A stretch of DNA of 58,422 nucleotides, from positions 1 through 58,422 of the forward strand of contig JALWYX010000034.1 in the NCBI GenBank assembly GCA_027078415.1, read 5' to 3'. Below, one piece after another: positions 37,159 through 46,032 of the stretch. The notes beneath the pieces were generated by a model. It ran no database searches. It worked only from the letters and a program-made list of their open reading frames with translations, and had not been told where the DNA came from. Every line of letters begins with the position of its first letter. The stretch's first letter is position 1. The translations under genes were made by a program, and so were the position numbers. The stretch is from Thermoanaerobaculia bacterium (GTDB lineage Bacteria > Acidobacteriota > Thermoanaerobaculia > JALWYX01).

Positions 37159-37597
37159 AAGACAGCGCTTCACTCAACTCCATAAGTTCGTTGTAAGTAA
37201 GAGCTACAGAATCTATCTTTTTCTCAAATATCGCCATATTACAAACTTTTAAATGATCCCCTCTACCGCTTACTACAACATCTCCTATTAATGATGCTCT
37301 CCTACGTAGAATAGGAGGTATAAGAATTCTACCCTGCTTATCTATAACGCTTTCCTGGCCAAAAAAGTTAACTATCTCCAGAAACTTCTCTCTTAAAGGA
37401 TGAGTGAAAGAGAGTTTAATAACTTTATTTTCTAAAACTTCCCAACTACGTAAAGGGTAAATAAGAGCCGTTTGCCCATCTAGAGAGGTTACAAAAACTT
37501 CATCACCAAAGCTACTTATCAACTTTTTCTTAAATAAGACAGGTATCTTCAATCTTCCTTTATCATCCACTTTAGCCACAGCACTGCCTCTAAACAT
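37148..37597 (-). CDS. mraZ: transcriptional regulator MraZ
   Basis: 149 aa. MFRGSAVAKVDDKGRLKIP and a second DxxGR repeat (DKQGRILIP), giving duplicated SpoVT/AbrB-like halves. Confidence 0.95.
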   Translation of the reverse strand: MFRGSAVAKVDDKGRLKIPVLFKKKLISSFGDEVFVTSLDGQTALIYPLRSWEVLENKVIKLSFTHPLREKFLEIVNFFGQESVIDKQGRILIPPILRRRASLIGDVVVSGRGDHLKVCNMAIFEKKIDSVALTYNELMELSEALSYDG

Positions 37598-37624
37598 ACC
37601 TTAGATGTCATTATAAAGAACTTG

Positions 37625-37682
37625 ATCCACCTTTGTCCACTTCAGACCACTAAAGTCCACTAAAAGAGAAATAAGTTTCCAC
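37625..37682 (-). promoter_or_regulatory. MraZ-box array / Pmra region: GTGG(A/T)N direct repeats with 10-bp phasing
   Basis: Plus strand shows ATCCAC, GTCCAC, GACCAC, GTCCAC ending exactly at 37630, 37640, 37650 and 37660, plus TTCCAC ending at 37682. On the mraZ strand these read GTGGAC-N4-GTGGTC-N4-GTGGAC-N4-GTGGAT, 27-62 nt upstream of the mraZ ATG. Confidence 0.7.
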
Positions 37683-37714
37683 TTTTAGGATGGGGAATAT
37701 AGAAAAAAATTTAG

Positions 37715-37945
37715 TTATTCGTATTTATTACTTTTCAATATTTGGGTTATATCCTTACCGAATTTTTCTTTACATTTAATATTCAAATAATTTAGCAAAT
37801 TAAGTAAATCTTCTATGCCTAAAACACGTCTACCCTCTTCGACAGATTCAAGAATCTCCCTATTAACGAAGGTAGCAGATGCAAGCTCGTCCAGCGTTAT
37901 ATGTAACTTGGCTCTCAGTTTAGCTAAATGTTTACCTTTTATCAT
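37715..37945 (-). CDS. XRE-family helix-turn-helix transcriptional regulator (small)
   Basis: 76 aa. HLAKLRAKLHITLDELASATFVNREILESVEEGRR is a Cro/C1-type HTH. 14-nt overlap with the upstream cyclase gene. Confidence 0.75.
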   Translation of the reverse strand: MIKGKHLAKLRAKLHITLDELASATFVNREILESVEEGRRVLGIEDLLNLLNYLNIKCKEKFGKDITQILKSNKYE

Positions 37946-38684
37946 TTTGAAAATCGATCACATACATCTTATCCCACATCTTACCTGTTATGAGAAAATC
38001 ACCGTTCTCCATATAAGCTATTCCGTTCAAAACGCCTTTTCCTCGCTCTTTAGATACTATTTTTTCACAAATCACTTTTTTTATAACTACTCCTGTAGCA
38101 GGATCTATTCCAACAAAGTAATCTTTTTGCCAAACATTAGCCCATATAAGCCCTTCAGCGTATTCCAATTCATTTAAATTTTTCAAAGGTTCACCGTGCA
38201 TAAATACTTGCAGTTCACCAAGTAAACCAAAAGTCTTTGGATCTCTAATTTTTATCACGCTGCTTCCATCGCTCATGTAAAATTTATCATTTACAGTTGT
38301 TAGTCCCCATCCTTCTCCTTTATATCTAAATTCACCTAAAGGTACTAAAGATTTGGAATCCCACAAGATAGCTATACCGGCTTTCCATGTTAATTGGACA
38401 ATCTTACCCCTATATTTAGATATCCCTTCACCAAACAGATGTAAAGGAAGTTTTACCAAATTATATTCATCACTTGATATTATCCATTTTACTAAAGAGC
38501 TCTTCCCATACAAACCACCGCTTTCCCATACAACACCTTTTTCGTATACCAATCCCTGAGTAAAGATAACGTAAGGTTTTCTCACTACCTTTTTTATAGT
38601 AATATCCCTAATAACCTCTAAACTGCACACATTCAGAGGTAAAAGGAGCAAGCCTATGATACCTTTCAATATTTTCGGTTTCAC
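37932..38684 (-). CDS. glutaminyl-peptide cyclotransferase (beta-propeller, plant/bacterial type), secreted or lipoprotein
   Basis: FTQGLVYEKGVVWESGGLYGKSSL, LTWKAG, GEGWGLT, SDGSSVIKIRDPKTF, LNELEYAEGLIWANVW, IDPATGVV. Signal-like KPKILKGIIGLLLLPLNVCS. Start uncertain: I prefer the GTG at 38684, while the track's GTG at 38777 would overlap the mscS-family gene by 122 nt. Confidence 0.78.
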   Translation of the reverse strand: MKPKILKGIIGLLLLPLNVCSLEVIRDITIKKVVRKPYVIFTQGLVYEKGVVWESGGLYGKSSLVKWIISSDEYNLVKLPLHLFGEGISKYRGKIVQLTWKAGIAILWDSKSLVPLGEFRYKGEGWGLTTVNDKFYMSDGSSVIKIRDPKTFGLLGELQVFMHGEPLKNLNELEYAEGLIWANVWQKDYFVGIDPATGVVIKKVICEKIVSKERGKGVLNGIAYMENGDFLITGKMWDKMYVIDFQNDKR

Positions 38685-39816
38685 CGATTTACAGCTGATT
38701 CTAATTCTATCAATATTTGTTGGTGGAATAATAGCTAGCAAAGTTGTATCTTTCTTGATAGAAAAAGCTATAAACACAAGCCTTCAAACTAAAATAACCC
38801 AGATCGATAAAGATGCCATTCACAGAGCCCTTAAACCGATAGGTTTAATAGCAGGCTCAGCAGTATGGTGGTTAGGTTATAAAACTTTAAAACTACCCAC
38901 AGATATAGAAAACATAGTTTTTTTAGCTATAAAAATAGTATTTATAACAGGTACTGTCCTATCTCTCTATACAGCTATAGATATCTTATCTATATTTATC
39001 AGTTCTTATGCACGAAAAACGAGCAGTAAACTAGATGATCTTTTAGTACCTTTTATAAGAAAAACTCTAAAGATTGTTATCATAACTTTTGGAATTCTCT
39101 TTATAGCGGATAACTTTAACTTAGATATAACTAGTGTTCTAGCTGGTGTAGGGCTAGGTGGTATAGCTGTAGCCCTAGCGGCCCAAGATACCATAAAGAA
39201 CTTATTCGGTTCGGTAACTGTGATAGTAGACAGACCTTTCGAGGTAGGAGATTGGGTTAAAATAGGTAACATAGAAGGAATAGTAGAAGAATTAGGATTT
39301 AGAAGTACCAGAATACGAACCTTTTACGATTCTTTAGTTACAATACCAAATGCAAAACTTATAAACAGCGAAGTCGATAACTTCGGTGCTAGAAGATATA
39401 GACGCTGGAAGACTGTGTTTGAAATATCTTATTCTACTAATTATCAAAAAGTAAACAGTTTTTGCAATCTTATAAAAGAGCTCATTATAGCTCATCCCCA
39501 CACCAGGAAAGAAAGTATATACGTAGTTGCAAATGATTTAGGCGCATATGGCATAAAGATATTGGTATATATGTTTTTCAATGCTCCTACATGGGAGATC
39601 GAATTAAATTCTAGACATCAATTGATATTAGCTATAATAGCACTCGCAGAGAAGATGGGTATCGAGATAGTATATCCTACTTACGAGCTCTTTTTGTCAA
39701 AAAAAGCTCACAAGACCGTTCCTTTTCTTGAAAAAGAGGAGAAACTTTTGAGTGAAATCAAAGATAAAGTATTTACACAGAAAAATAACGAGCCTGAGGA
39801 TGATGAAATACGATAG
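38656..39816 (+). CDS. mechanosensitive ion channel family protein (MscS-like)
   Basis: 386 aa, ATG preceded by AGGAG. TM helices, then GSVTVIVDRPFEVGDWVKIGNIEGIVEELGFRSTRIRTFYDSLVTIPN. Confidence 0.88.
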   Translation: MIPFNIFGFTDLQLILILSIFVGGIIASKVVSFLIEKAINTSLQTKITQIDKDAIHRALKPIGLIAGSAVWWLGYKTLKLPTDIENIVFLAIKIVFITGTVLSLYTAIDILSIFISSYARKTSSKLDDLLVPFIRKTLKIVIITFGILFIADNFNLDITSVLAGVGLGGIAVALAAQDTIKNLFGSVTVIVDRPFEVGDWVKIGNIEGIVEELGFRSTRIRTFYDSLVTIPNAKLINSEVDNFGARRYRRWKTVFEISYSTNYQKVNSFCNLIKELIIAHPHTRKESIYVVANDLGAYGIKILVYMFFNAPTWEIELNSRHQLILAIIALAEKMGIEIVYPTYELFLSKKAHKTVPFLEKEEKLLSEIKDKVFTQKNNEPEDDEIR

Positions 39817-42800
39817 CAGAGACAGAATTTTCGGGCGACATCATAAATTCTTCGGTAAGTTCTACACCTATAATAGATGGATTTAACAACTTAAAAAGAA
39901 GTTGCTGTCCTTCCAGATCTGGACACGCCGGATAACCGAAACTGTACCTTTTTCCTCTATAACGAGCTTTCATTATATCTCTGATTTTAATATCTGGAGG
40001 ATCATCTATACCCCAAAGTTTGCGTATCTTCATATGGATAACCTCGGCTGCTGCTTCTGCTATCTCGAGAGCTAACGAATAAAGCAAATGAAACTTTAGA
40101 TATTCGTTATTATCTTTGAAATTATTAGCAGCTTCTACTACTTTTCTTCCCGAAGTCACTACAAACAAAGCTATATAATCTTCAGGTTTCACATAATCTG
40201 CCAATGATAACCACGGTTCTCTTTTTTGTCTTGGGAAAATCCACTCACCTGCTATCTTACCTTCTTTATCAAAAACAACGATTTTATTACTAACACCCTT
40301 GACAGCAAAAAATCTATATAACGCTCTTATATCCCACAAATTCTTTTCTGAAAGAAACTCTTCTACCATACTTTGCAAACGAGCCAATTTCTCATCCTTG
40401 CTGACCTCCAATCTTTCTACTACACCCTTTATACCCATATGTTTGCCATAGAGCATTTGCTTGTTAAGATATTTTTTTACCTCCTCTACCGCCATTATCT
40501 CCGAATGCAAATCCAAATCGGGCGGAACAAGAGGCGTAACTTGTTCTACTTCAGGAGATTTTTCTATACCTTCTAATGTAGTAGATGCTTGGGTCTTCTT
40601 ATCTTCCGAAGCAGGCAAACATACAACATCTTTATAATCCCCAGCCATTATTTTTTCCACTATTTTCAAACCGCTCATAGCGTCTTTTGCGTAAAAACAG
40701 GGACCTTTATAATTAGCAGCGATTTGAGTAGCGACAAATTTTTTAGATAAAGCCGCTCCTCCTACTATAAGAGGTTTTCTGATACCTTCTGCCACAAAAT
40801 CTTTAGCACAGCTAACCATCTGTCGCGCAGACTTTACCAATAACCCAGAAAGTCCTATAATATCGGGATCATACTTTTTCACAGCCTCCACAAGTCTGTT
40901 GTTATCCACCTTAGTACCAAGATCTATAACGTTGTAGCCGTTATTTTCCAAAACTATAGCCACTAAATTTTTACCTATATCGTGAACATCACCTTTTACA
41001 GTAGCAATAAGTACAGTACCCTTACGATTAAAATCGCTTTTTTTCATATAAGGCTTCAGGTAATCAACCGCCTTTTTCATAACTTCAGCACTTTGTAAAA
41101 CCTCTGCTATTATCAATTGGTTACTATCAAAAAGTCTTCCTACTTCTTCCATACCAGCCATCAAGGGACCGTTTATGATTTTAAAAGGATCTGCTAACCT
41201 AGGAGTGAGAAGAGCTTCCCGTAGATCTTTTTCAAGATGCTCTTTACTGCCTTCGATAATAGCTTTGCGCAAGCGCTCCTCTACACTGATAGCTCTTCTT
41301 GAGACTGAACGAGGTTTATTAAATTTTCTAAATTCTGCTGTTATCTCTTCTATAAGGGCAGTTAGCCCATCTGCATCACCTTCAAAAAACAGCAACTTTC
41401 TAGCAAGATCTTTATGTTTTTCTTCTATCTCTGGATAACGAGCCAGCTTCTCGGTATTAACAATAGCTAGATCCAGGCCGTTAATGGTTGCGTGGTAAAG
41501 AAACACCGAGTTAACAATTTCTCGTGCAGCGTTAGGTAAACCAAAACTAATGTTAGATATCCCCAAAATAACTTTGGATTCAGGGAACATTCTTTTTAGT
41601 TCCTTTATTGCTTCTAAAGTAGCTTTAGACGATCCTATATAAGAAGGGTCACCACTGGCAGCTGGGAAAACTAAAGGATCCCACCAAACGTCTTGATATT
41701 GAAAAGATAACTTATCTAAAAGAGAAGATATTTCTCTTGCAACAGACAGCTTATCTTTCAAGCTAACAGCCATACCTTTTTCACCTATAAGACCAACAAC
41801 AATTGCTGCTCCATAGGTTTTAGCTAATTTCACACCTCGTATAAATTTCTCTTTGCCACTTTCTAAATTTAAAGAGTTGATAATCCCTTTCCCCTGTAAC
41901 ATCTTAAAAGCAGTTTCTACAACGTCTAAATCTGTAGTATCTATCATAAGGGGAACTCTAACTTTGCGAGTAATCTCTTTGAGAAAACGGTTCATTTCTC
42001 TCGTTTCGTCTATATCAGGATGTTGTAAACATACATCTAAAATCTCTGCACCTTTGTTTACCTGTCTTTTACCTATTTCTGCTGCTAAGTCGTATTTTTT
42101 AGAAAATATCAGTTCTCTAAATTTCTTACTTCCCAATATATTTGTCCTTTCCCCGACAAAAACAACTCCCTTTTCACTAGATACTTCTACTGTCTCTAAA
42201 CCAGACACTAGTGACTTACTATGTATAAAAACTGTAGGAGAAGGATACTTTTTGAACTTGTTGAGTTCTTTTATATGTTCAGTTGTAGTGCCACAACATC
42301 CTCCGATCACACTAACCCATTCATTATCGACAAAATCCTTTAGAGCGTTTGCAAATTGATCTGGTGTTTCTGTGTAGTTACCTTTGTGATCAGGTAAACC
42401 AGCGTTTGGTACACAAGCTACCCGCTTATTTGATAACTCGTACAAGTTCCGTATATGAGGGCGCATAAAACGCGGACCTGTAGCACAGTTTAAACCTATA
42501 TACAAAAGGTTCAAATGCATTAATGATACGGCAAAGGATTCAGCATCTTGCCCAGCTAAAGTGGTACCGTTTACCTCTATCGTAGCAGAAACTGCTATAG
42601 GAATAGATAAATTCAGCTCTTCAAAAGCTTTATATATACCTAATACAGCTGCCTTTACGTTGAGAGTATCCTGGCATGTCTCCAACAACAGATAATCCAC
42701 TCCTCCATCTATAAGGCCTTTAGCTTGTATAAAATAATGTTGTAATAATTCATCGAAACTCACGTTATTCATAAGAGAAAGCGATGTTGTGGTAGGCCCC

Positions 42801-43195
42801 ATAGAACCCGCTACAAAACGCAAGTAAGAGTTAGTAGAATACTCTAAGGCTGCCTCTCTTGCTAACTCAGCGGCTTTTTTGTTTATCTCATAAGCGTAAT
42901 CTGCAAGGCCGTATTCGCCTAAGACCAGAGGAGTAGCGCCAAAGGTATTGGTTTCCACTATATCTGCTCCAGCTTCTAGATAGGAGAGATGTAAACGTTT
43001 AACAAAATCTGGTCTGGTTATAACTAAATATTCGTTACAGCCTTCGTAGTTGGAACCACCAAAATCTTTTGAAGTAAGGTTAGCTGTTTGGATAGCGGTT
43101 CCAGTAGCTCCATCGAGCACAACGACTCTTTTCTCAAGCAGTTCTTTTAGCCGATTCGTTCTTTCCAAACGTCCATACTTGATATCGATTTTCAT
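39773..43195 (-). CDS. metH: cobalamin-dependent methionine synthase (all four modules)
   Basis: 1140 aa. VLDGATGT and GGCCGTT (Hcy module), pterin module, B12 motif GDVHDIGKN...SGLL, activation domain RYSFGYPACPD. Confidence 0.95.
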   Translation of the reverse strand: MKIDIKYGRLERTNRLKELLEKRVVVLDGATGTAIQTANLTSKDFGGSNYEGCNEYLVITRPDFVKRLHLSYLEAGADIVETNTFGATPLVLGEYGLADYAYEINKKAAELAREAALEYSTNSYLRFVAGSMGPTTTSLSLMNNVSFDELLQHYFIQAKGLIDGGVDYLLLETCQDTLNVKAAVLGIYKAFEELNLSIPIAVSATIEVNGTTLAGQDAESFAVSLMHLNLLYIGLNCATGPRFMRPHIRNLYELSNKRVACVPNAGLPDHKGNYTETPDQFANALKDFVDNEWVSVIGGCCGTTTEHIKELNKFKKYPSPTVFIHSKSLVSGLETVEVSSEKGVVFVGERTNILGSKKFRELIFSKKYDLAAEIGKRQVNKGAEILDVCLQHPDIDETREMNRFLKEITRKVRVPLMIDTTDLDVVETAFKMLQGKGIINSLNLESGKEKFIRGVKLAKTYGAAIVVGLIGEKGMAVSLKDKLSVAREISSLLDKLSFQYQDVWWDPLVFPAASGDPSYIGSSKATLEAIKELKRMFPESKVILGISNISFGLPNAAREIVNSVFLYHATINGLDLAIVNTEKLARYPEIEEKHKDLARKLLFFEGDADGLTALIEEITAEFRKFNKPRSVSRRAISVEERLRKAIIEGSKEHLEKDLREALLTPRLADPFKIINGPLMAGMEEVGRLFDSNQLIIAEVLQSAEVMKKAVDYLKPYMKKSDFNRKGTVLIATVKGDVHDIGKNLVAIVLENNGYNVIDLGTKVDNNRLVEAVKKYDPDIIGLSGLLVKSARQMVSCAKDFVAEGIRKPLIVGGAALSKKFVATQIAANYKGPCFYAKDAMSGLKIVEKIMAGDYKDVVCLPASEDKKTQASTTLEGIEKSPEVEQVTPLVPPDLDLHSEIMAVEEVKKYLNKQMLYGKHMGIKGVVERLEVSKDEKLARLQSMVEEFLSEKNLWDIRALYRFFAVKGVSNKIVVFDKEGKIAGEWIFPRQKREPWLSLADYVKPEDYIALFVVTSGRKVVEAANNFKDNNEYLKFHLLYSLALEIAEAAAEVIHMKIRKLWGIDDPPDIKIRDIMKARYRGKRYSFGYPACPDLEGQQLLFKLLNPSIIGVELTEEFMMSPENSVSAIVFHHPQARYFSV

Positions 43196-44142
43196 ATCCC
43201 TACTTTTTTTATCACTCTCTTTACTACATCCGCATTTTGCATAACGTAGAAATGTACTCCCTTTACACCTTTATTAAAGAGCTCTTGAACCTGCTTAGCA
43301 GCCCATTCCACTCCTATTTCCTCTACTTCCTTATCGTTCTTAGCAAGGGATATAGCATCAGCTAGTTCTGCAGGTAAACTTACATGGAAAAAACGTGGAA
43401 GATAAGTAAGATGAGCCTTTCTAGTAACTACCTTAATACCAGGAAGTATAGGAACATCTATACCTATTTCCTTACATCTATCAAGATAAGCTAGAAATTT
43501 AGAATTATCAAAAAACATCTGAGTAACTATATAATCAGCTCCAGCATCTACCTTTTCCTTCGTTCTCATCAAATCAAATTCCATATTAGGTGCCTCAAAA
43601 TGCTTTTCAGGATAACCCGCAACCCCTATGCAGAAACTTGTAGGGTAAGCGTTAAGTAATTCTTTTTCAAGATAAATTCCCTGATTCATATTAATTATCT
43701 GCTTTACTAAATCAACAGCGTATCTGTTAACAGTTCTACTACCATCTAGAGGTTTGTCGTAACCGTTATCATCTCCTCTAACAGCTAAAACGTTTTCTAT
43801 TCCCAAATAATTGAGTTCTATTAAAAAATCTTCCGTCTCCTCTCTAGTAAAACCCTTACATAACACGTGAGGAACAGCATCAACACCGAATTTATGTTGA
43901 ATAAGAGCACATACCCCTAAGGTACCAGGCCTTTTACGTTTTATCTTGCGTTTTATACCAGACGGGGTTTCTTCATAAACAACTTGTGCTGCATGGCTAG
44001 TTATGTCTATAAAAGGAGGATTTAAAGATATAAGGTCCTCAATTAAAGATAACAAAGCGGTAACCTTACCTCCCCGCAAAGGAGGTGTTATCTCAAAACT
44101 TATAAAACAGTCTCTTTTTTCTATATGTTCAATTACTCGCAT
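43192..44142 (-). CDS. metF: 5,10-methylenetetrahydrofolate reductase
   Basis: The ATG at 44142 (MRVIEHIEKRDCFISFEITPP) gives 317 aa, the usual MetF length. DYIVTQMFFD block. ATGA overlap with metH. The 79-codon upstream extension in the track has no MetF similarity and collides with the divergent gene. Confidence 0.88.
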   Translation of the reverse strand: MRVIEHIEKRDCFISFEITPPLRGGKVTALLSLIEDLISLNPPFIDITSHAAQVVYEETPSGIKRKIKRKRPGTLGVCALIQHKFGVDAVPHVLCKGFTREETEDFLIELNYLGIENVLAVRGDDNGYDKPLDGSRTVNRYAVDLVKQIINMNQGIYLEKELLNAYPTSFCIGVAGYPEKHFEAPNMEFDLMRTKEKVDAGADYIVTQMFFDNSKFLAYLDRCKEIGIDVPILPGIKVVTRKAHLTYLPRFFHVSLPAELADAISLAKNDKEVEEIGVEWAAKQVQELFNKGVKGVHFYVMQNADVVKRVIKKVGI

Positions 44143-44173
44143 ATTTCTTTTCAGGTTAAAATTATCTACAAAA

Positions 44174-45562
44174 ATGTTCAAAAGTGGTCCTGTTTCTGTA
44201 ATATGGAAAATTATACTATATTTGGGTGATATAAGTTGCGCGCTAGCTAGTTGGATAATATCACTATTTATCAGAATCAAATTAGTGTTACCTTTCACCA
44301 CAGGGCTTTTACCCATAGAAAAAAAAGAACTCGTTCTAGAGGAACTGTTCATAGTGGGTTTAACTATAGTTACAACCAATTTGCTCTTCGGATTCTACGA
44401 TCAAGAAGAACCAAGACCTAGAGCACAAATTTTAGTAGAAGTAAGTTATGCCACATTAATTCAAACCTTAATATTAAGCAGTTATTTCTTTATCTCCAAT
44501 AAAACTTTTCCTAGATCTATAGTAGTTCTTTATTTGCCTATAGTAACGATACTGCTCTATATCTGGCGCACTACATGGCAAAAACTATACAAACCGCCTA
44601 AAACTAGAACAATTATAATAGGAGCTGGTAAAGAAGCGTTAGAGCTAGCTAACAATATAAAAAAATTTGGATGGCATGGATTAGAAGTAATAGGACACGT
44701 ACCTCAACCAGGAGAAAAAAAAATATCTGACAAAATCAAAGTTCTAGGAACACTCGACCAAATAGTTTCTCTAGTAAAAAAGTATAAATGTCAAGCAATT
44801 ATAATAGCAGAGTCGTGGGCCAGCTGGAAAACTTGGTTATCAGATCAACTAGCAAGAGCCGGCTGTATGAAAAATACAGCTCTATTACTTTTACCAGAAC
44901 CATTTGAAAGCCTTATAGGTAGAACACGATACAGATGGGTAAACGATATACCACTTATAGAGATCTTAACTCCGCAAGATCTAAAAGTTATGAACCCTAT
45001 AAAAAGAATTACAGATATATTTTTAAGTATAATTTTGATCATATTAGCTTTACCAATTTTAATTTGCGCAATTTTAGCCATATATCTAACCAGCGGTTTT
45101 CCCATTATATACAAACAAAAAAGAGTTGGTAAAAACCTTGTAGAATTCACTCTCTACAAGCTAAGAACCATGGAAAAAGATGCCGAAGAGTCAGGAGAAG
45201 AAATACTAGCTGCAAAGAACGACCCCAGAGTTACTAAAGTAGGAAAATTACTGCGCTCCTACCGCATAGATGAGATTCCACAATTAGTAAATGTACTCTT
45301 TGGAGATATGAGTCTAGTAGGTCCTCGTCCTGAAAGACCGAATAGAGTAAAACAATTTTTAGAAGAGGTGCCGGGGTACGTACAAAGATTTACTGTAAAA
45401 CCAGGAATAACTGGTTTAGCTCAAGTAAACGGCGATTACCTATCAACTCCTGAAACTAAATTGCGATACGACCTCGTATATATATCAAATTGGTCACTGT
45501 GGATGGATATATCGATCTTATTTCGCACCTTCAAAACTATAATATTCAAACGCGGCATATAA
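44174..45562 (+). CDS. polyprenyl-phosphate hexose-1-phosphate transferase (WbaP/large PGT family; exopolysaccharide/O-antigen initiating enzyme)
   Basis: The ATG at 44174 (MFKSGPVSV..) gives 463 aa. N-terminal TM bundle, Rossmann-like IIGAGKEALELA, catalytic domain KRITDIFLS...YKQKRVG...YKLRTM...DPRVTKVG..RIDEIPQL..GDMSLVGPRPERP. Confidence 0.88.
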   Translation: MFKSGPVSVIWKIILYLGDISCALASWIISLFIRIKLVLPFTTGLLPIEKKELVLEELFIVGLTIVTTNLLFGFYDQEEPRPRAQILVEVSYATLIQTLILSSYFFISNKTFPRSIVVLYLPIVTILLYIWRTTWQKLYKPPKTRTIIIGAGKEALELANNIKKFGWHGLEVIGHVPQPGEKKISDKIKVLGTLDQIVSLVKKYKCQAIIIAESWASWKTWLSDQLARAGCMKNTALLLLPEPFESLIGRTRYRWVNDIPLIEILTPQDLKVMNPIKRITDIFLSIILIILALPILICAILAIYLTSGFPIIYKQKRVGKNLVEFTLYKLRTMEKDAEESGEEILAAKNDPRVTKVGKLLRSYRIDEIPQLVNVLFGDMSLVGPRPERPNRVKQFLEEVPGYVQRFTVKPGITGLAQVNGDYLSTPETKLRYDLVYISNWSLWMDISILFRTFKTIIFKRGI

Positions 45563-45567
45563 AATTC

Positions 45568-46032
45568 TCATTCTACCACTATATTAGTTAGTCTACTTTG
45601 TAAAGTTGGATCTAACTTACTAGCCCGCAAAATATATTGATCTCCCTTTTTATCTTCACCAAGTAGTCTATATATATATCCAAGGTTGAACAAAACTTTA
45701 GGTCTGACCATAATATCCAAACTTTTCTCGTAATATACTTTAGCCGCATTGTAACGCTTCATATAAACGAGAAGATCACCTTTTAAAATCAATGGATACA
45801 CATCTGTAGGCATACTGTTTATGCATCTATCAAGATCCGTTAACACCTTATCCATAGAAGAGATAGTCAGGGTCTCTCCTGTCTCTATAAGTTTCTTTCC
45901 CAGCAGTTCGATTCTCCATAAATTTACGTAACACTCTATATTTCTAAGAAAGAGAAAATAGTACCCTACAGCGGTACCAAACCATAAAACTATCAAAACG
46001 AATTTGTTAACTTTTCCAACTTTTAGTATCAT
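45568..46032 (-). CDS. membrane-anchored TPR-repeat protein
   Basis: 154 aa. N-terminal TM (FVLIVLWFGTAVGYYFLFL) and two or three TPR-like motifs (YNAAKVYYEKSLDI, LFNLGYIYRLLGEDKKGDQYILRASKLDP). Confidence 0.6.
   Translation of the reverse strand: MILKVGKVNKFVLIVLWFGTAVGYYFLFLRNIECYVNLWRIELLGKKLIETGETLTISSMDKVLTDLDRCINSMPTDVYPLILKGDLLVYMKRYNAAKVYYEKSLDIMVRPKVLFNLGYIYRLLGEDKKGDQYILRASKLDPTLQSRLTNIVVE

Noticed and set aside
37598-37714. The 117-bp gap upstream of mraZ as a possible small RNA or tRNA
   Set aside because: It shows no stable stem-loops or tRNA features. The sequence is fully explained as a promoter/operator region with phased GTGG boxes.
41853-42359. 168-aa plus-strand ORF (and 41175-41438, 40373-40576, 43050-43244) inside metH
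   Set aside because: These are antisense to a 1140-aa ORF with all MetH module signatures, so they are spurious shadow ORFs.
44715-44723. A9 homopolymer in the initiating sugar transferase (and the A9/T9 at 1413-1421 in the plsC-like gene) as phase-variation switches
   Set aside because: They encode Lys-Lys (GEKKI) and Phe-Phe-Phe in an AT-rich genome where such runs are expected by composition. No G/C tracts or longer repeats are present, and there is no evidence of frameshifted alleles.
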